A stretch of DNA of 51,405 bases, the filler included, from Barthelona sp. PAP020 (taxonomy: Eukaryota): the NCBI GenBank assembly GCA_040182905.1. It is 2 parts of 2 records of this genome, joined end to end, with 100 filler letters (N's around TTAATTAATTAA, not from the genome) between each part and the next. Parts side by side here need not be neighbours in the genome. Positions count along the whole stretch, not along the records: positions 25,826 to 51,405 come from JARQWU010000144.1; 1 more part is not named here. One strand, written 5' to 3'. Position 1 is the stretch's first letter. Each line of letters begins with the position of its first letter. Of the stretch, positions 38,815-51,405 are shown piece after piece. The notes below the pieces were generated by a model. The model saw only the letters and a list, made by a program, of their open reading frames with translations. It was not told where the DNA came from and did no database searches. The position numbers and the translations under genes are program-made.

Positions 38815-39489
38815 TCAATTATTTTTCATATTTTCATATACCATTCTTTTGGCTAATAATCTTTCTATTAAATCAATTGACCGAACCAATTGAAACACTA
38901 ATTCTTTTATTGAAGGCATTGAAATGTAACATTCCGTTATAAATTTTTTTTGTTTGTCCCAAAGTATAGATTTAATGCCATTTTTATATGTATGAAAAGA
39001 TACAAAATATTCATTGTGAAAAATTTGTAAAAATTGAAAATTTTGAATTGAAGAAGGATCAGTATGATAAGTAATTAGATCAAAACACATCCTTAAAGCT
39101 TTAGTTAGATCTAATAATCTTCTCTTCAAAGCATAAAAATCAAAAGATGGATAAAGTAAATATGTTTTGATACTATATAAGATTTTTCGTATTTGACCAA
39201 CCGCAGATTGTAAACCAAATAAGGAATAAAGATTAATACCCGATAATTTATCAGTTTTTAAATTATTATCGAAAGAATATTTAATTTCAATTTCTTTTAA
39301 GACATACGATTCCAAAGAAACTGTTAATTTCAAAAAATCGTTATCATTATTTGGATTTAGAGTGTTTTGACCATAATATTGGTTGGATACATTTGATATA
39401 TTGGAAGAAACATCATATAATTTGTAAAATATCAAAGCCAACGTTTGTTTAACATCATTTTTAACAAACCCTTCAAAAGTTAATGGCAT
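38815..39489 (-). CDS. Rogdi/Rav2-like (RAVE/Rabconnectin-3 subunit)
   Basis: FVKNDVKQTL..., FLKLTVSLESYVLKEIEI, YSLFGLQSA, EYFVSF and MPSIKELVFQLVRSIDLIERLLAK follow the order and spacing of ROGDI motifs. Confidence 0.55.
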   Translation of the reverse strand: MPLTFEGFVKNDVKQTLALIFYKLYDVSSNISNVSNQYYGQNTLNPNNDNDFLKLTVSLESYVLKEIEIKYSFDNNLKTDKLSGINLYSLFGLQSAVGQIRKILYSIKTYLLYPSFDFYALKRRLLDLTKALRMCFDLITYHTDPSSIQNFQFLQIFHNEYFVSFHTYKNGIKSILWDKQKKFITECYISMPSIKELVFQLVRSIDLIERLLAKRMVYENMKNN

Positions 39490-39640
39490 TAGACAAAATA
39501 CAGTATGAAAAAGAGAAAATGTTTTCAATTCAATTCATCAACAAATTCTCTTGTGATTTTTTGAATAACAATAAAATAAGAAAACATTTACAAATAAAAA
39601 GAAAAAGTCTGATACAATACAAGCTAAAATTATAACAAAC

Positions 39641-42600
39641 TTACATTCTAAAAGGCATCATTTCTTGACCACTGGCAAAAAGATTATCAACATTGTGACT
39701 CTGTATTGTGCTGTTTGTAGGAGCAAATGTTAAACCAAAGTATGAATTGTCATTTTCATCACTATTTGAATTGTTTGAATTTGTTGTAATTGAAGATTTC
39801 CTCAAACGTTCATCTTGAAGATGAGCTAAAGGATTTCTCAATTGATTGGACATCAAATGAGTTTTGTATTTCTGTCCACTTGTATTGAGCTTACGAGTGG
39901 CAAAAGCTTTGATAGAATGGAATAAACCAATACCACCAATGACAATTAAAACTAGAGCAACAATAATAGCGTAGATATCATTTAATTCTACACCTGAAGA
40001 ATTACCAAGACGAATAATCAATCCAAAAATAAATAACAATAAAATAGCAACTAAATAAATCAATTGCAGACGATTTTGCTTGATTTTCATGAAACTCCAA
40101 TGTTGGATATGTAAAGCAATAGCAGCAAAAGATAAACACATTCCCAATGCTGCTTGGAAAGCTGTTCCTCTTGCAGTTAACAACAAACCACTAATTAATA
40201 ACATACAAATTAACTCTTCAGCAACTTCAAAGAAAGGAGAAGGTGATTTATAAGGTGCCAAATAAGGTGCATCATTTCTCTCAACCAGAACATCTTCCTT
40301 TTTAATATTCTCATTTTTGACATTGCGCAAATACATGAATGATATCACTACCCATGTTGCTAAAAGCAACCCAGCTGGGATAGCCATTGAATACCATTCT
40401 GCTGTATAACAGGTTGTGTTTGAATCAATGGATAAAACATTTGATGAACCAACATCTTGACAAGCAAAAATAGGTAAAACCCCAAATATCACTGAACCAA
40501 AGAATACATGAGTTAATATCAACCCATTTTGAATCATTCTACGCTTAGAATCTTCATCCCATTTGCCAATACATTTTCTAATCATAGAAACACCAAAAAT
40601 TAGACCCCAAATCACAGGTATGGTGAAAAAAGACGTCCAAAAGCGAACAGGGAACCAATTTACCAATCCGAAGTTACATAATAATAAAGTGATTCTAGAA
40701 ACATCCAAGAATAATAACTGACTAGCCAACAACGTCATTCTTAAGAAATATGGGAATGGAATCGATGAAGTAGTCAATACAGAAGCAACAATTTGGAAAT
40801 ATCGAATCAAAGGCTTATAATAACCAACTATCTGGATTTGATTGTTAACATCAGCTGCAATACTCACAAAAATAAAGATCCAAAACACCACAGATATACC
40901 TAATAGAATAAGATTCGTTGAATTCGTGTAACATTGTTCACAACGTGGTTCTAACATGAAATATCCATCCATGCAAGATTCGCACATTGATCCAGTGTGT
41001 CCTTCATTGCAATAACTGCTTTCTAATTCAGGAGACAATTTGGATTGACAAGTACCTGCACAACCTTCATTAACACATTTAAATACTTCTTTTGTATCAT
41101 TAGATTGCCAATATCCTTCTTTAACACAATAATCATCATATCCGAAACATAACAAGCCTTCTGGGCATCTTTCACAACTTGTAGTACCATTACTCAATTC
41201 AACAGGGAACATTCCACCTTTACAAACACAGCTGTCCCTATTAGGGCTGGAAACTTTGGTGGATGGACAAGACAAACACGAACTTGATCCAGTGTCAGGA
41301 GTATAATGCCCAGAAGGGCAAGGTTGACAACCAACCATGTCTTCAGAACGATAAGTACCAATTGGACAATCAATACATTGTTTAGCTCTTTCAGAATACG
41401 ACCATTGTCCAACAGGACAAGTTTGACAAGGATCTTTAGAACTATCACTTGAAAATTCTCCAGCAACACAGGAGATACAACGCTTATCTTCTTCAGAATA
41501 TCCTTCACCGGGTGAACAGAAATCAACAGTGACTTCAAATTCAACGGCAACATGATTAATAGCAGAGGCAAAAATGTGATAAGTATCTGGAGAACCAATT
41601 AAAACAACTTCTTCAAAATGACCAATTCCATCGATTACTTGAACGCTTTGTTTAGCACGTAAAGCCAATGCTGCTTCCTTAGCATGAATTCCAATCGACA
41701 ATTTTTGGGGAATAGTAACTAAACTATCAAATTCATCAAGAACTCCAATTTGAACATCAACTGAAGGTTCATAATCTTCAGTTAGACCCCTTTCCTTTGA
41801 TAATAAACTTAGTTTCTTTGATTGTGTTGCTCTAATGTTACCATAGTATTCACATTTATTGGTTGATTGGTGAATTTCTAAAATATTTTCACTGTCAAAA
41901 TCATATATTTTTGTTGTAGTATAATAAATACTTCCTGCTGAACCAACATTTTCGGTAAATTCACAACTAGAAGTATCCACAACGAGTTTAGAATTTTCTT
42001 CTAAACAATGGGTGGAAACAGAACTTACCTCTTGAGTTAAAGTATTACCTTGACTGGTCCTTGAAAAAACACCACCCAATGTACCAAAATTCTTTCTGAA
42101 ATTGCATTTTTCAATTTCAACATTGTTGTTACCAATAAAACCAATAACACCACCATAACCACGATATGTATCCTCATAAATTGATTCAGAAGAGCAATTA
42201 AGTGCTTTATTAGATATGAAATCATTCTTTGAAATCAAAACAGAAGGATTGTCATATAAACTAATTGCACCACCAAAAGGTGTCACAAAACATGATTGAA
42301 CTGTGTTTTCTTCAAACAATGAATCTTCAATAACAACCTTCAACATCTGTGAAACTCCAATAGCTCCTCCTGTTGATGCATTATTATTCTTAAATGTTGA
42401 TCCAGTGACTTGCAATTCAGTGTTGATTGCAAAAATACCACTTCCAATACCAGCATTTCCTCCAATAAATGAAGAATCAACAATGGTTCCTTGAGTTCCT
42501 TCCAAGTATATACCTCCATTACGTTGCGATTGAACATTAAATAATGTAGAATTAATGAATTTCAAACTGGTAGAATCAACTAAATATATTGCTCCTCCTT

Positions 42601-43756
42601 GTCCAGAAATATCAACAGCTCTTGAATTATTAAAGTAACAATTGTCAAATATCACTTCTTGTTGAATACCTTGACCATACAAAAAACCACCTAATTGAGA
42701 TTGAATGTTGTTGACATTAACATTCACAAACGTTAAAGCATAACAATCTTTTGCAAAAATAGCGCCTCCCATAGATGCTGTGGTTGAATCACTGAAATTA
42801 CAATCAAAAAAACGTAAAACAGAAGTATAGGCAACAACAACACCACCAATTTTATCAGCATTGTTATCAACAAAGTTGGTTCCATTAAAAACAACTTCTG
42901 ACATATAAATTTCAGCAAAACCGGCTCGTAATGCATAATTTCCTTCAACTGTAACATTTTGAAATAAACAATTGTCTACACCTGATATTATAACTGCACC
43001 AGCTGTCTTTGACCCTTTGTTATTTTTAAACTCAACAAAAGGACCAATGGTAACGTTTGTGCAATCTTGTAAATCTAAAGCTCCTGGCATATTCCCTTCA
43101 ACAACATTATCAATAAATTTGCTGTTTGAAATGACTAAATTACTGTCAAAAACAGAAAAAGCTGAACTAGTTTTCATCGTATTCTCTTTAACGATTAAAT
43201 CATCAACAATTACATCAACAGAAGTGAATGAAATTGCAGTATGGACACAATTTTGTACAGTAAACCCAATGACAGAAATTCTTTCATATTCCCCTTCATT
43301 AATTCCAAAAGCAATCGATATAGCAGTCTTATATCCATTACAATTAATAATAGTGTTGGTTGATCCTTCAGTACTTATTAAAGAAAAATCATCATCTTCA
43401 TAATCTAAATCAATATGGAAATCTGTTGAATCGTATGGACAATCATTACATTCAATCTTGTATTCACCAGGCTTAAATTTAATAGTCTTTTCAAACTTCC
43501 AATTATTTGGAACTGATTCAATTTGTGTCAAATTATAAGTTTCCCATTGTTCAATAGCTTTACGGACTGTTCGACAGGGATTGAAAAAATCACCACAACC
43601 CCCTTCAAGATCATCATTCCCATTAGGATCGATATATATGTAATCTGTGTCAGAAATACAAAAAGTTGTGAAGATTTCTATTATTGATTAGTAACAAAAT
43701 AATAAAGGTTTGATACCTGTTAATAGCAGAATACAAATAACTATAATCGCTTTCAT
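39641..43756 (-). CDS. Surface/membrane protein: signal peptide, pectin-lyase-like (Pmp GGAI/FxxN) beta-helix, Cys-rich repeats, multi-pass TM C-terminus (exons 43756-43717, 43677-39641)
   Basis: Spliced N-terminus MKAIIVICILLLTEIFTTFC...CG..FNPCRT; repeated GGAI and FxxN; CxxCPxG repeats; about 9 hydrophobic helices. Confidence 0.85.
43678..43716 (-). other. 39-nt spliceosomal intron
   Basis: GTATCA...TACTAATCAATAATAG; contains an in-frame TAA, and its removal completes the signal peptide. Confidence 0.85.
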
Positions 43757-44193
43757 AACAATAAAGAAAGTTGATGAAAATTGAAGAAAATCTGAAATGA
43801 TGTGCATCTAATTTTGATACAAATCATCTTCATTTTTGGATGATGATCTTTAATTTTGCAAAAAACTATTTATTATTATCAGTTTATTTAAGATAAAAAC
43901 AAGAAAAAAGTGTGAGGGGATTCAAAAAATGTTGGGTTTTTTTTCGCTTTTTGATTGGATATTTAATCATAAAATATATTGAAAGAATACATGTATTGAA
44001 AAAATGACTTTGAAAGAAGAAAAATTCTTTCCTTTACAATTTGGAGATCTCCCCCTCCCAAAGTGATCTTTTTGGAATTGACATTACCAATGAAATAACA
44101 TTTAATATTGGGATTGATTAATTTTCCATGGTCAAATTGATGATAAACAAATTAAGAATCGAAAAAAGAAAAAATCAATTTCAATTTATTCAA

Positions 44194-46101
44194 TTAAAAT
44201 TCCACAGCATTTTCAAAAGCAGCAAAACTTTGTTTGACAGTATCCCAATCATTTGTAAAACATAAAGTTTGAAGTGTTTCAATCAATCTATTGATGGGAC
44301 ATCTAATTTGAGAACCAGAATCTCTGTGACGGATGGTAACTGTATGTTCAGGAATGATTTCAATTCTATCATCACTGTAAATAGGTTGCATATTATCACC
44401 ATCTGTTTGTGGTCTTCCCAATAAAGTTTCACCATCAATGGTAACTGCAAAAGGAATACCAATTTCATCTGTACGAGCATATCTTCTTCCGATTGAAACA
44501 CCTTTTCCATCAACCATAACTGTTAATCCAGACTTATGGATTAACTGTTGAAGATATCTGGAATAAGGTCTAAAGGCAGGTTTGGCAAATAATGGTAACA
44601 CTACAACATCATATGGTGCCATACAAGGAGGGAACTTGAAGAAAGTTCTCTTGGCATCTTCAGGTCTGACAGAAAAACAATGTTCAATGACAGTATAAAT
44701 GATTCTACTGCAACCAAATGAGGGTTCAACAACGCGTGGAATAACATTTTCACCAGTGATCTTTTCAGTTTCCTTTGTAAAAACAACAAATTCTGGAGTC
44801 ATCACAACATCTTCATTGTTTGAATTTTTAAACATAAATTCTCCTGATTCTTGATCCTCCATCAATTTCTTTAATTCTTCTTGACTTGATTCTTCCAACA
44901 TATTGACGAATAATTTGTTGTTCTTTTTAAGAGCAGGTCCAAGTAACTTCTTATTGGGAACGGCAACAATTTTCTCTTTCAAAACGGGTTCATCAAAGGC
45001 AATAAAGGCTGTTAAATCAGCACCACAACCATTCATATGATTAGAAAGATCAAATGCTGTTCTGTCAGCAATTCCAGCAATTTCAGTCCAACCTGCTTGT
45101 AACAAAGATTCAGCATCCCAACAATCGCATGCATAATGTGCCATTTGAGTGAACTGATGTTGTCTAAAACGTAAACGTTTAGGATCAACACCAATACGAA
45201 CAAATAAACGTTGAATACGTCCTAAGAAATAAGCAATATACTCATTCTCGATAATCTTTTCATCAACAGCTTGTCTAACTGTCATTTGAACAGGTTCTTC
45301 CCCGGATAATTGTCTATCACGTGAATATAATGTTAAAACTACATCTTCAACTTCAAAAAGCTTGTGACAAATCATATCTTGAGGATTAATAAAATATTCG
45401 ACTTCAGCAAGTGTAAACTCACGAAGTCTTAACACTCCATTACCAGGAGATATTTCATTACGAAAGGCCAAACCAATAGTAGCACCACCAAAGGGTAACT
45501 TTCCACCATTAAACTGTAAAAGACGGCGGAAATTCACAAAAATACCTTGTGCAGTTTCAGGACGTAAATATCCAGTCGATTTTCCGGTTGGTCCAATCAA
45601 AGTCTTAAACATCAAATTGTAGGGAAAGGGATTTTTCAAACGATGCAATTCTGCATCTTCAGCATCGATAAAATCGGGATTAATAATGGTAAATCTTTCA
45701 AAAAGTTCTGTTAAATCTTGTTGTGGCATACCATCAACAGAAGACAAAAGAATATTCATATCTTTTTGTTCAGATTCAGGTAAATTAGGGATTAATTCAG
45801 AAAGGAAGTTCTCCATAACTTTATCAGCACGATGACATGATCCATTAACGGGATCTTTAACCATTAAATCCTCAAATTTGTCAACATGACCGGAGGCTTT
45901 AAAAACCATTTCTGGTGTTAAAATTGTTGATTTTAACGAAAAAACATCATCACAAATAAATTCAGAACGCCATTCTTGCAAAAATTTGTTTTCAATTGCC
46001 TCTCCAATGGGTCCATAATCATACAACCCAGCAACACCTCCATATATTTCAAATGATGGAGTGAAAAAATATGCAGATGATAATACCTGTTCTAAAGCCA
46101 T
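44194..46101 (-). CDS. GARS1: Glycyl-tRNA synthetase (eukaryotic alpha2 type)
   Basis: FEIYGGVAGLYDYGP, YLRPETAQGIF, FRNEISP, REFTLAEVE, MAHYACDCWDAE, VEPSFG, IGRRYARTDEIG. Confidence 0.97.
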   Translation of the reverse strand: MALEQVLSSAYFFTPSFEIYGGVAGLYDYGPIGEAIENKFLQEWRSEFICDDVFSLKSTILTPEMVFKASGHVDKFEDLMVKDPVNGSCHRADKVMENFLSELIPNLPESEQKDMNILLSSVDGMPQQDLTELFERFTIINPDFIDAEDAELHRLKNPFPYNLMFKTLIGPTGKSTGYLRPETAQGIFVNFRRLLQFNGGKLPFGGATIGLAFRNEISPGNGVLRLREFTLAEVEYFINPQDMICHKLFEVEDVVLTLYSRDRQLSGEEPVQMTVRQAVDEKIIENEYIAYFLGRIQRLFVRIGVDPKRLRFRQHQFTQMAHYACDCWDAESLLQAGWTEIAGIADRTAFDLSNHMNGCGADLTAFIAFDEPVLKEKIVAVPNKKLLGPALKKNNKLFVNMLEESSQEELKKLMEDQESGEFMFKNSNNEDVVMTPEFVVFTKETEKITGENVIPRVVEPSFGCSRIIYTVIEHCFSVRPEDAKRTFFKFPPCMAPYDVVVLPLFAKPAFRPYSRYLQQLIHKSGLTVMVDGKGVSIGRRYARTDEIGIPFAVTIDGETLLGRPQTDGDNMQPIYSDDRIEIIPEHTVTIRHRDSGSQIRCPINRLIETLQTLCFTNDWDTVKQSFAAFENAVEF

Positions 46102-46445
46102 AAAAAAAAAGTGGTGAATGAAAGAAAAATATTTACAAATTTTTTCAGTTGTGCCATTACTAAAGCAGTAAAAACAACTAATTGTTTTAATGAACATCTT
46201 CTTTTTTTATCAATGTTCCGATTTTGTGTTCAAAAGTTTGCAAAACTTGAAAATATTGAAACTTACCTTCAGAGAACAACATTCAGCTGAAAGAGATATA
46301 ATCTCCTCGCTAATCTTTATTTTTTTTGTAAATTTGTGATACAATTTACTATTTGAACCCTTTAATCAATTTTTCATTTCAGTAAAAAAAAAAGGGTTTT
46401 CTTCCCATTCAAAAAAAAAAAAATCCTTCTCTCACTTTATTTACC

Positions 46446-47904
<1,459 letters not shown>

Positions 47905-48229
47905 TTAAATCATTTGACAATAATTAACAAGAGAACTTTCATATCCAATATTTCATATTAAATCAAAGAAAAACATGGTATTTTTTCTTTCTTTGAATTT
48001 TTCATATGTTTTGATCGGAAAGCTGAATAAAAAAGGATCTTTACAAGTATTTTTATTTTAAAATGATGAAAAATTGAAGAAATAATTGTAAAAAGCATTA
48101 ACAAACAGAAAGTTTAAAAAATTCATCGCTGCAAGACATAGTCAATCAAATTCAACTTAAATGGTCATTCAAAGGGGAAAACAAAGAAACCAAATCAACC
48201 TTTCAACCTTTCAATGTTTTTGTTTTTTT

Positions 48230-49430
48230 AATTGAGACTTCAGATTTCTGCGAATTTCTCTAAATGAATTCAACGCCCTTTGTCTGGCCAATACCGATGC
48301 AACGAACCATCTCGTTACTCTGCCAAAAGTTCTTTTTCGTGGCGAATTTTATCTGCATTTTGAGTTTGAATAGTTTTAATTAATTGCTTTTCTTCTCCAG
48401 CAACATTCCTAGAAATTGCAAAGGTATCATAATAATTAGCATTTGCAATTTTGCTTTTCTTCAGAAACACTTTTTTGATTAAACTCCTATAAAGATTGAC
48501 TTTTGAACTATTTCTGAAATTTCCTTTTGGTTTAATTCTCTTTTTTTCTTTAATTTTGAATCTACTTTTAAAACCCTTTGTTCTCGCCCTGTCTTTATCT
48601 GTCTTTCTAATTCAATGCCAAAATCATGCTTGAACACGATTTTGAATTACAGCCTTCTCTCTTTTCTGTCTATTACCAACACGTTGTCTATCATTTTTAA
48701 CTTGCTGTTCTTCAATTGCTTTCATTTGACTTCTTTTTAAATTGTCTGATTTTTTCATCAATTCACCGTAGCTTGTAACTTGCCCTTAATTTCATTCTTC
48801 TTTGATCTTATCACCCTAAATCTAGATGCTTCATCTCCATTCATAAATTCTCAACTCTCTGTATTTCTGTTTGCCAATTTTAAAACTCTTGATCATTCAT
48901 ATTTGCAATCACAAGCTCCTCCAATTCTCTTCTTTCACCCTCTTCTTGTGTTTCAATAACAACCTCCTTATAAATAACAGCAAGATTCAAACGAACGTCT
49001 ACATCATCAAAAAAAGATACATGTTTGGCTTTACAATGCATGATAGCTTCATCTGCTGACTTTTGAGATCTCTTTGATTTACTTTCCAGGGTTCTTAAAC
49101 GTGGCATACTTGCGTCGTCAAAAAGTTTAGATGCTTCGGTTGAATTTAGCTCCTTTTGTCTTGCTATTTTTTCTTCTACAGTAAAATCTGCTTCATATGT
49201 GGTCGATGGTACAGGTTTTGATGAAAAAGTAGTCTCTAAAATAACCTATGGTGGTTCAAACACACGAGGAGCTGGCTTTGTTAAATTAAACTGTTCAATT
49301 TTTGTTGGAGATTTATTGGACTTTGTGACGGTCATTGCATCTCCTAAAGTTCTAACCCTATTTCTTAAAGTTGTTAATTCAGGTCCAATAAAACAGATCA
49401 TTCTTCTAGCTAGGGAGTTAACATCTCATC
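48230..49430 (-). pseudogene. Decayed CFAP99-like (flagellar coiled-coil) gene fragment
   Basis: Reads ...EQFNLTKPAPRVFEPP*VILETTFSSKPVPSTTY...VRLNLAVIYKE...DQEF*NWQTEI..., then frameshifted coiled-coil. In-frame stops at 49246-49248 and 48880-48882. Confidence 0.6.
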
Positions 49431-50067
49431 AACATATGTTGAATCGCATGATAAAATTCATTACTCAACGTTATTTTTTTTTTTGTATTTTTCATATAAA
49501 AGAAATCCAAAAATCCTAAAACTTTCAAAGGATTCTAAGATTTGTACAATTGTAAAGAACCTTGTGGTTTCAAGTTATTCAATCGAAAAATGATCAAATA
49601 ACAAAATATATTTTACATTTGTAAATCTATTCTCAATGCTGTGTTAATCAAATGATAAAAATCTTCAACAATTGATTAAAATTCTTTTTTTGTCAATATA
49701 CCCACAAAAAACTTCATCTATAAATATTATTACAGTCACGAGGGTTATACTTTTCTAAAAACTGTTCCAAATGCACATAAGGAGTAAATCGCTTCAATTC
49801 ATAAGAGATAAAATTTGACAACAACCATACATTAATTGACTCGATTCATTTATCGTTTTTTTTAATATATCCAACTTATTCTCTTTGCTGGTTGAAATAG
49901 AATCAAAATTCAGGTTTTGAATTGAAAACAACTTTTGTCATTGTTGTTTTATGTATTTTTGGAGTTTTAGTCATGTGAATTGTCATTACACTGAATATTA
50001 GGTAAAGAATCCTTCAAAAATACTCCAATCAACAGAATCCTTTATGTTTTTTTTTGATACTTTAAAT

Positions 50068-51291
50068 ATGTCTGATAATTCAAACAAAGAGTTTGTAAGA
50101 AAATATTTTCATGAAAGAATTCCTAAAAAAATTGTTGAGAATAGTAGGAAAGAAATTGACATAAATTTCTTTGGTCAAGCGTTTGATTGCTGCTATTCAC
50201 CAAATGGTGAATATTTTGTGATTTGTGGTTTTGAATATGTGTACGTGGTCAATGTAAAAACTGAGAAATTGTGTTACAAATTATCTGACCATGTTCTTAC
50301 TGCTCATGGGATCGCATTTTCACAGAATGAGCAAATGATGGCTACCTGTTCAACGGATATGACAGTAATAATTTACGATACTCAAGATTTTTCGGTCTTG
50401 AAACGATTAGCTAACAATGCTGGTATTTATGGGATTTGTTTTTCTCGTTGTTCTAATTACATATATTCTGGTGATATGAATGGAAAGGTTAAAAAGTGGG
50501 ATATAAAAAATGGCAATATTGTCTTGGAAAAGAAAGTTCATTTCGATTGGATTTGGAGAGTAGAGTTATCATCAGATAATACGCATCTTTTGAGCGGAAG
50601 TTATGACAATACTGCTCAATTAATTAACACACAAAATTTCTCTGTTGTTCACACATTTCGACATGATAGCCATGTTAGAGCAATTGCTTTTCATCCAACT
50701 AAAAATATTATTGCTACTGGTGATGAATTTTACCAAATCAAACTTTGGAACATGGACGATGGATCACCAATTCATTCATTTGAAGTGGAAGGTCAAGTTT
50801 GGGCTCTTTCGTTTTTGTCACCAAATATTCTTGTAATCATGTCTACAGATGGTTTTATTGTTTCGTTTGGCATGGACAATTTTCAGACAATTCAAAAAAT
50901 CCCATCGAGTTGTCAATCCTCTTACATTTCCTTGGCAATATCACCTAATAAAACCCAATTAGCTTGTGGAACAAGTGAAAATGATCTGATTATGGTGTTT
51001 TCAATTGCATCCCAATTTGACAGCACACATAAAACTGAACTGGTAGATATGTCGAGAGACAGTGGTCAGGTGTTATCGACTATTATTTCTCAGAATCTGA
51101 ACACTCAAATCATAAGACAATTGGTGGCTGCTGGTGTTTGTATGAATGAAGAGGAGTATAACATGATTGTTGACACAAGTTGGGATTTGATTGATGTTAA
51201 CAAAATTAATGGGGGTAATATGCACTCATTTATCAATGAAAAAAGCGATAACAGTGATGAAAGTGATAATAGTGACAATGATGATAATTAA
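50068..51291 (+). CDS. WD40-repeat protein with acidic C-terminal tail
   Basis: About 7 WD repeats (CYSPNG, IAFSQN..ATCSTD, VKKWD, IAFHP..IKLWN). Start MSDNSN at 50068. Confidence 0.9.
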   Translation: MSDNSNKEFVRKYFHERIPKKIVENSRKEIDINFFGQAFDCCYSPNGEYFVICGFEYVYVVNVKTEKLCYKLSDHVLTAHGIAFSQNEQMMATCSTDMTVIIYDTQDFSVLKRLANNAGIYGICFSRCSNYIYSGDMNGKVKKWDIKNGNIVLEKKVHFDWIWRVELSSDNTHLLSGSYDNTAQLINTQNFSVVHTFRHDSHVRAIAFHPTKNIIATGDEFYQIKLWNMDDGSPIHSFEVEGQVWALSFLSPNILVIMSTDGFIVSFGMDNFQTIQKIPSSCQSSYISLAISPNKTQLACGTSENDLIMVFSIASQFDSTHKTELVDMSRDSGQVLSTIISQNLNTQIIRQLVAAGVCMNEEEYNMIVDTSWDLIDVNKINGGNMHSFINEKSDNSDESDNSDNDDN

Positions 51292-51405
51292 GCGGTTTGC
51301 TAAGAAAAGTGTTCGTAGCAAAGCGGACGGATTTCACCCAAAAGACAAAATAAACATTGTTCTAGGTTCTATTCTTGCACTTCTGATTGTTAAATATGAT
51401 CCAAC

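Noticed and set aside
46102..46197. In-frame 32-aa N-terminal extension of GARS1 as an organellar targeting peptide
   Set aside because: It runs through the T-tract typical of upstream non-coding DNA here and lacks the Arg-rich amphipathic character, so it is probably a chance open frame.
48880..49248. Alternative genetic code (TAA/TAG = Gln) to rescue the CFAP99-like frame
   Set aside because: TAA and TAG terminate many conserved genes in the window (PSMB3, CDKAL1, RPL14, RSPH9), and the fragment also has frameshifts.
49199..49519. 106-aa plus-strand ORF
   Set aside because: Antisense shadow of the CFAP99-like remnant, with a GTG start and no recognisable motif.

Overview
AT-rich, very gene-dense eukaryotic nuclear DNA in the standard genetic code (TAA, TAG and TGA all end genes). 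Many intergenic gaps are only 57-105 bp, and only three tiny (34-40 nt) 5'-proximal GT-AG introns are evident. An artificial 100-bp linker (N44-TTAATTAATTAA-N44, 25726-25825) joins two contigs, so the two halves are not demonstrably adjacent. The roughly 30 genes cover flagellar/basal-body functions (WDR92, CCDC39, RSPH9, CEP83-like, an Mn-repeat microtubule inner protein, a decayed CFAP99 copy), housekeeping (PSMB3, RPL14, GARS1, RUVBL1, RPP30, SURF6, CDKAL1, Pol I A49 and A34), endolysosomal trafficking (OCRL/INPP5B, VARP-like, C9orf72-like, Rogdi-like), Brr6/Brl1 and signalling. This fits a flagellated, intron-poor protist; a metamonad-like anaerobe is an inference only. The main leads are a FIST (NosP-like) sensor fused to a class III cyclase that keeps only the metal-binding half of its active site, and a small-Tim-like protein retaining only one of the four twin-CX3C cysteines. 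Also notable are two conserved genes (WDR92, SURF6) that each lack one base near the 5' end, and a tail-anchored PP5-like phosphatase without TPRs. All family assignments come from motif recognition by eye; no database searches were run.
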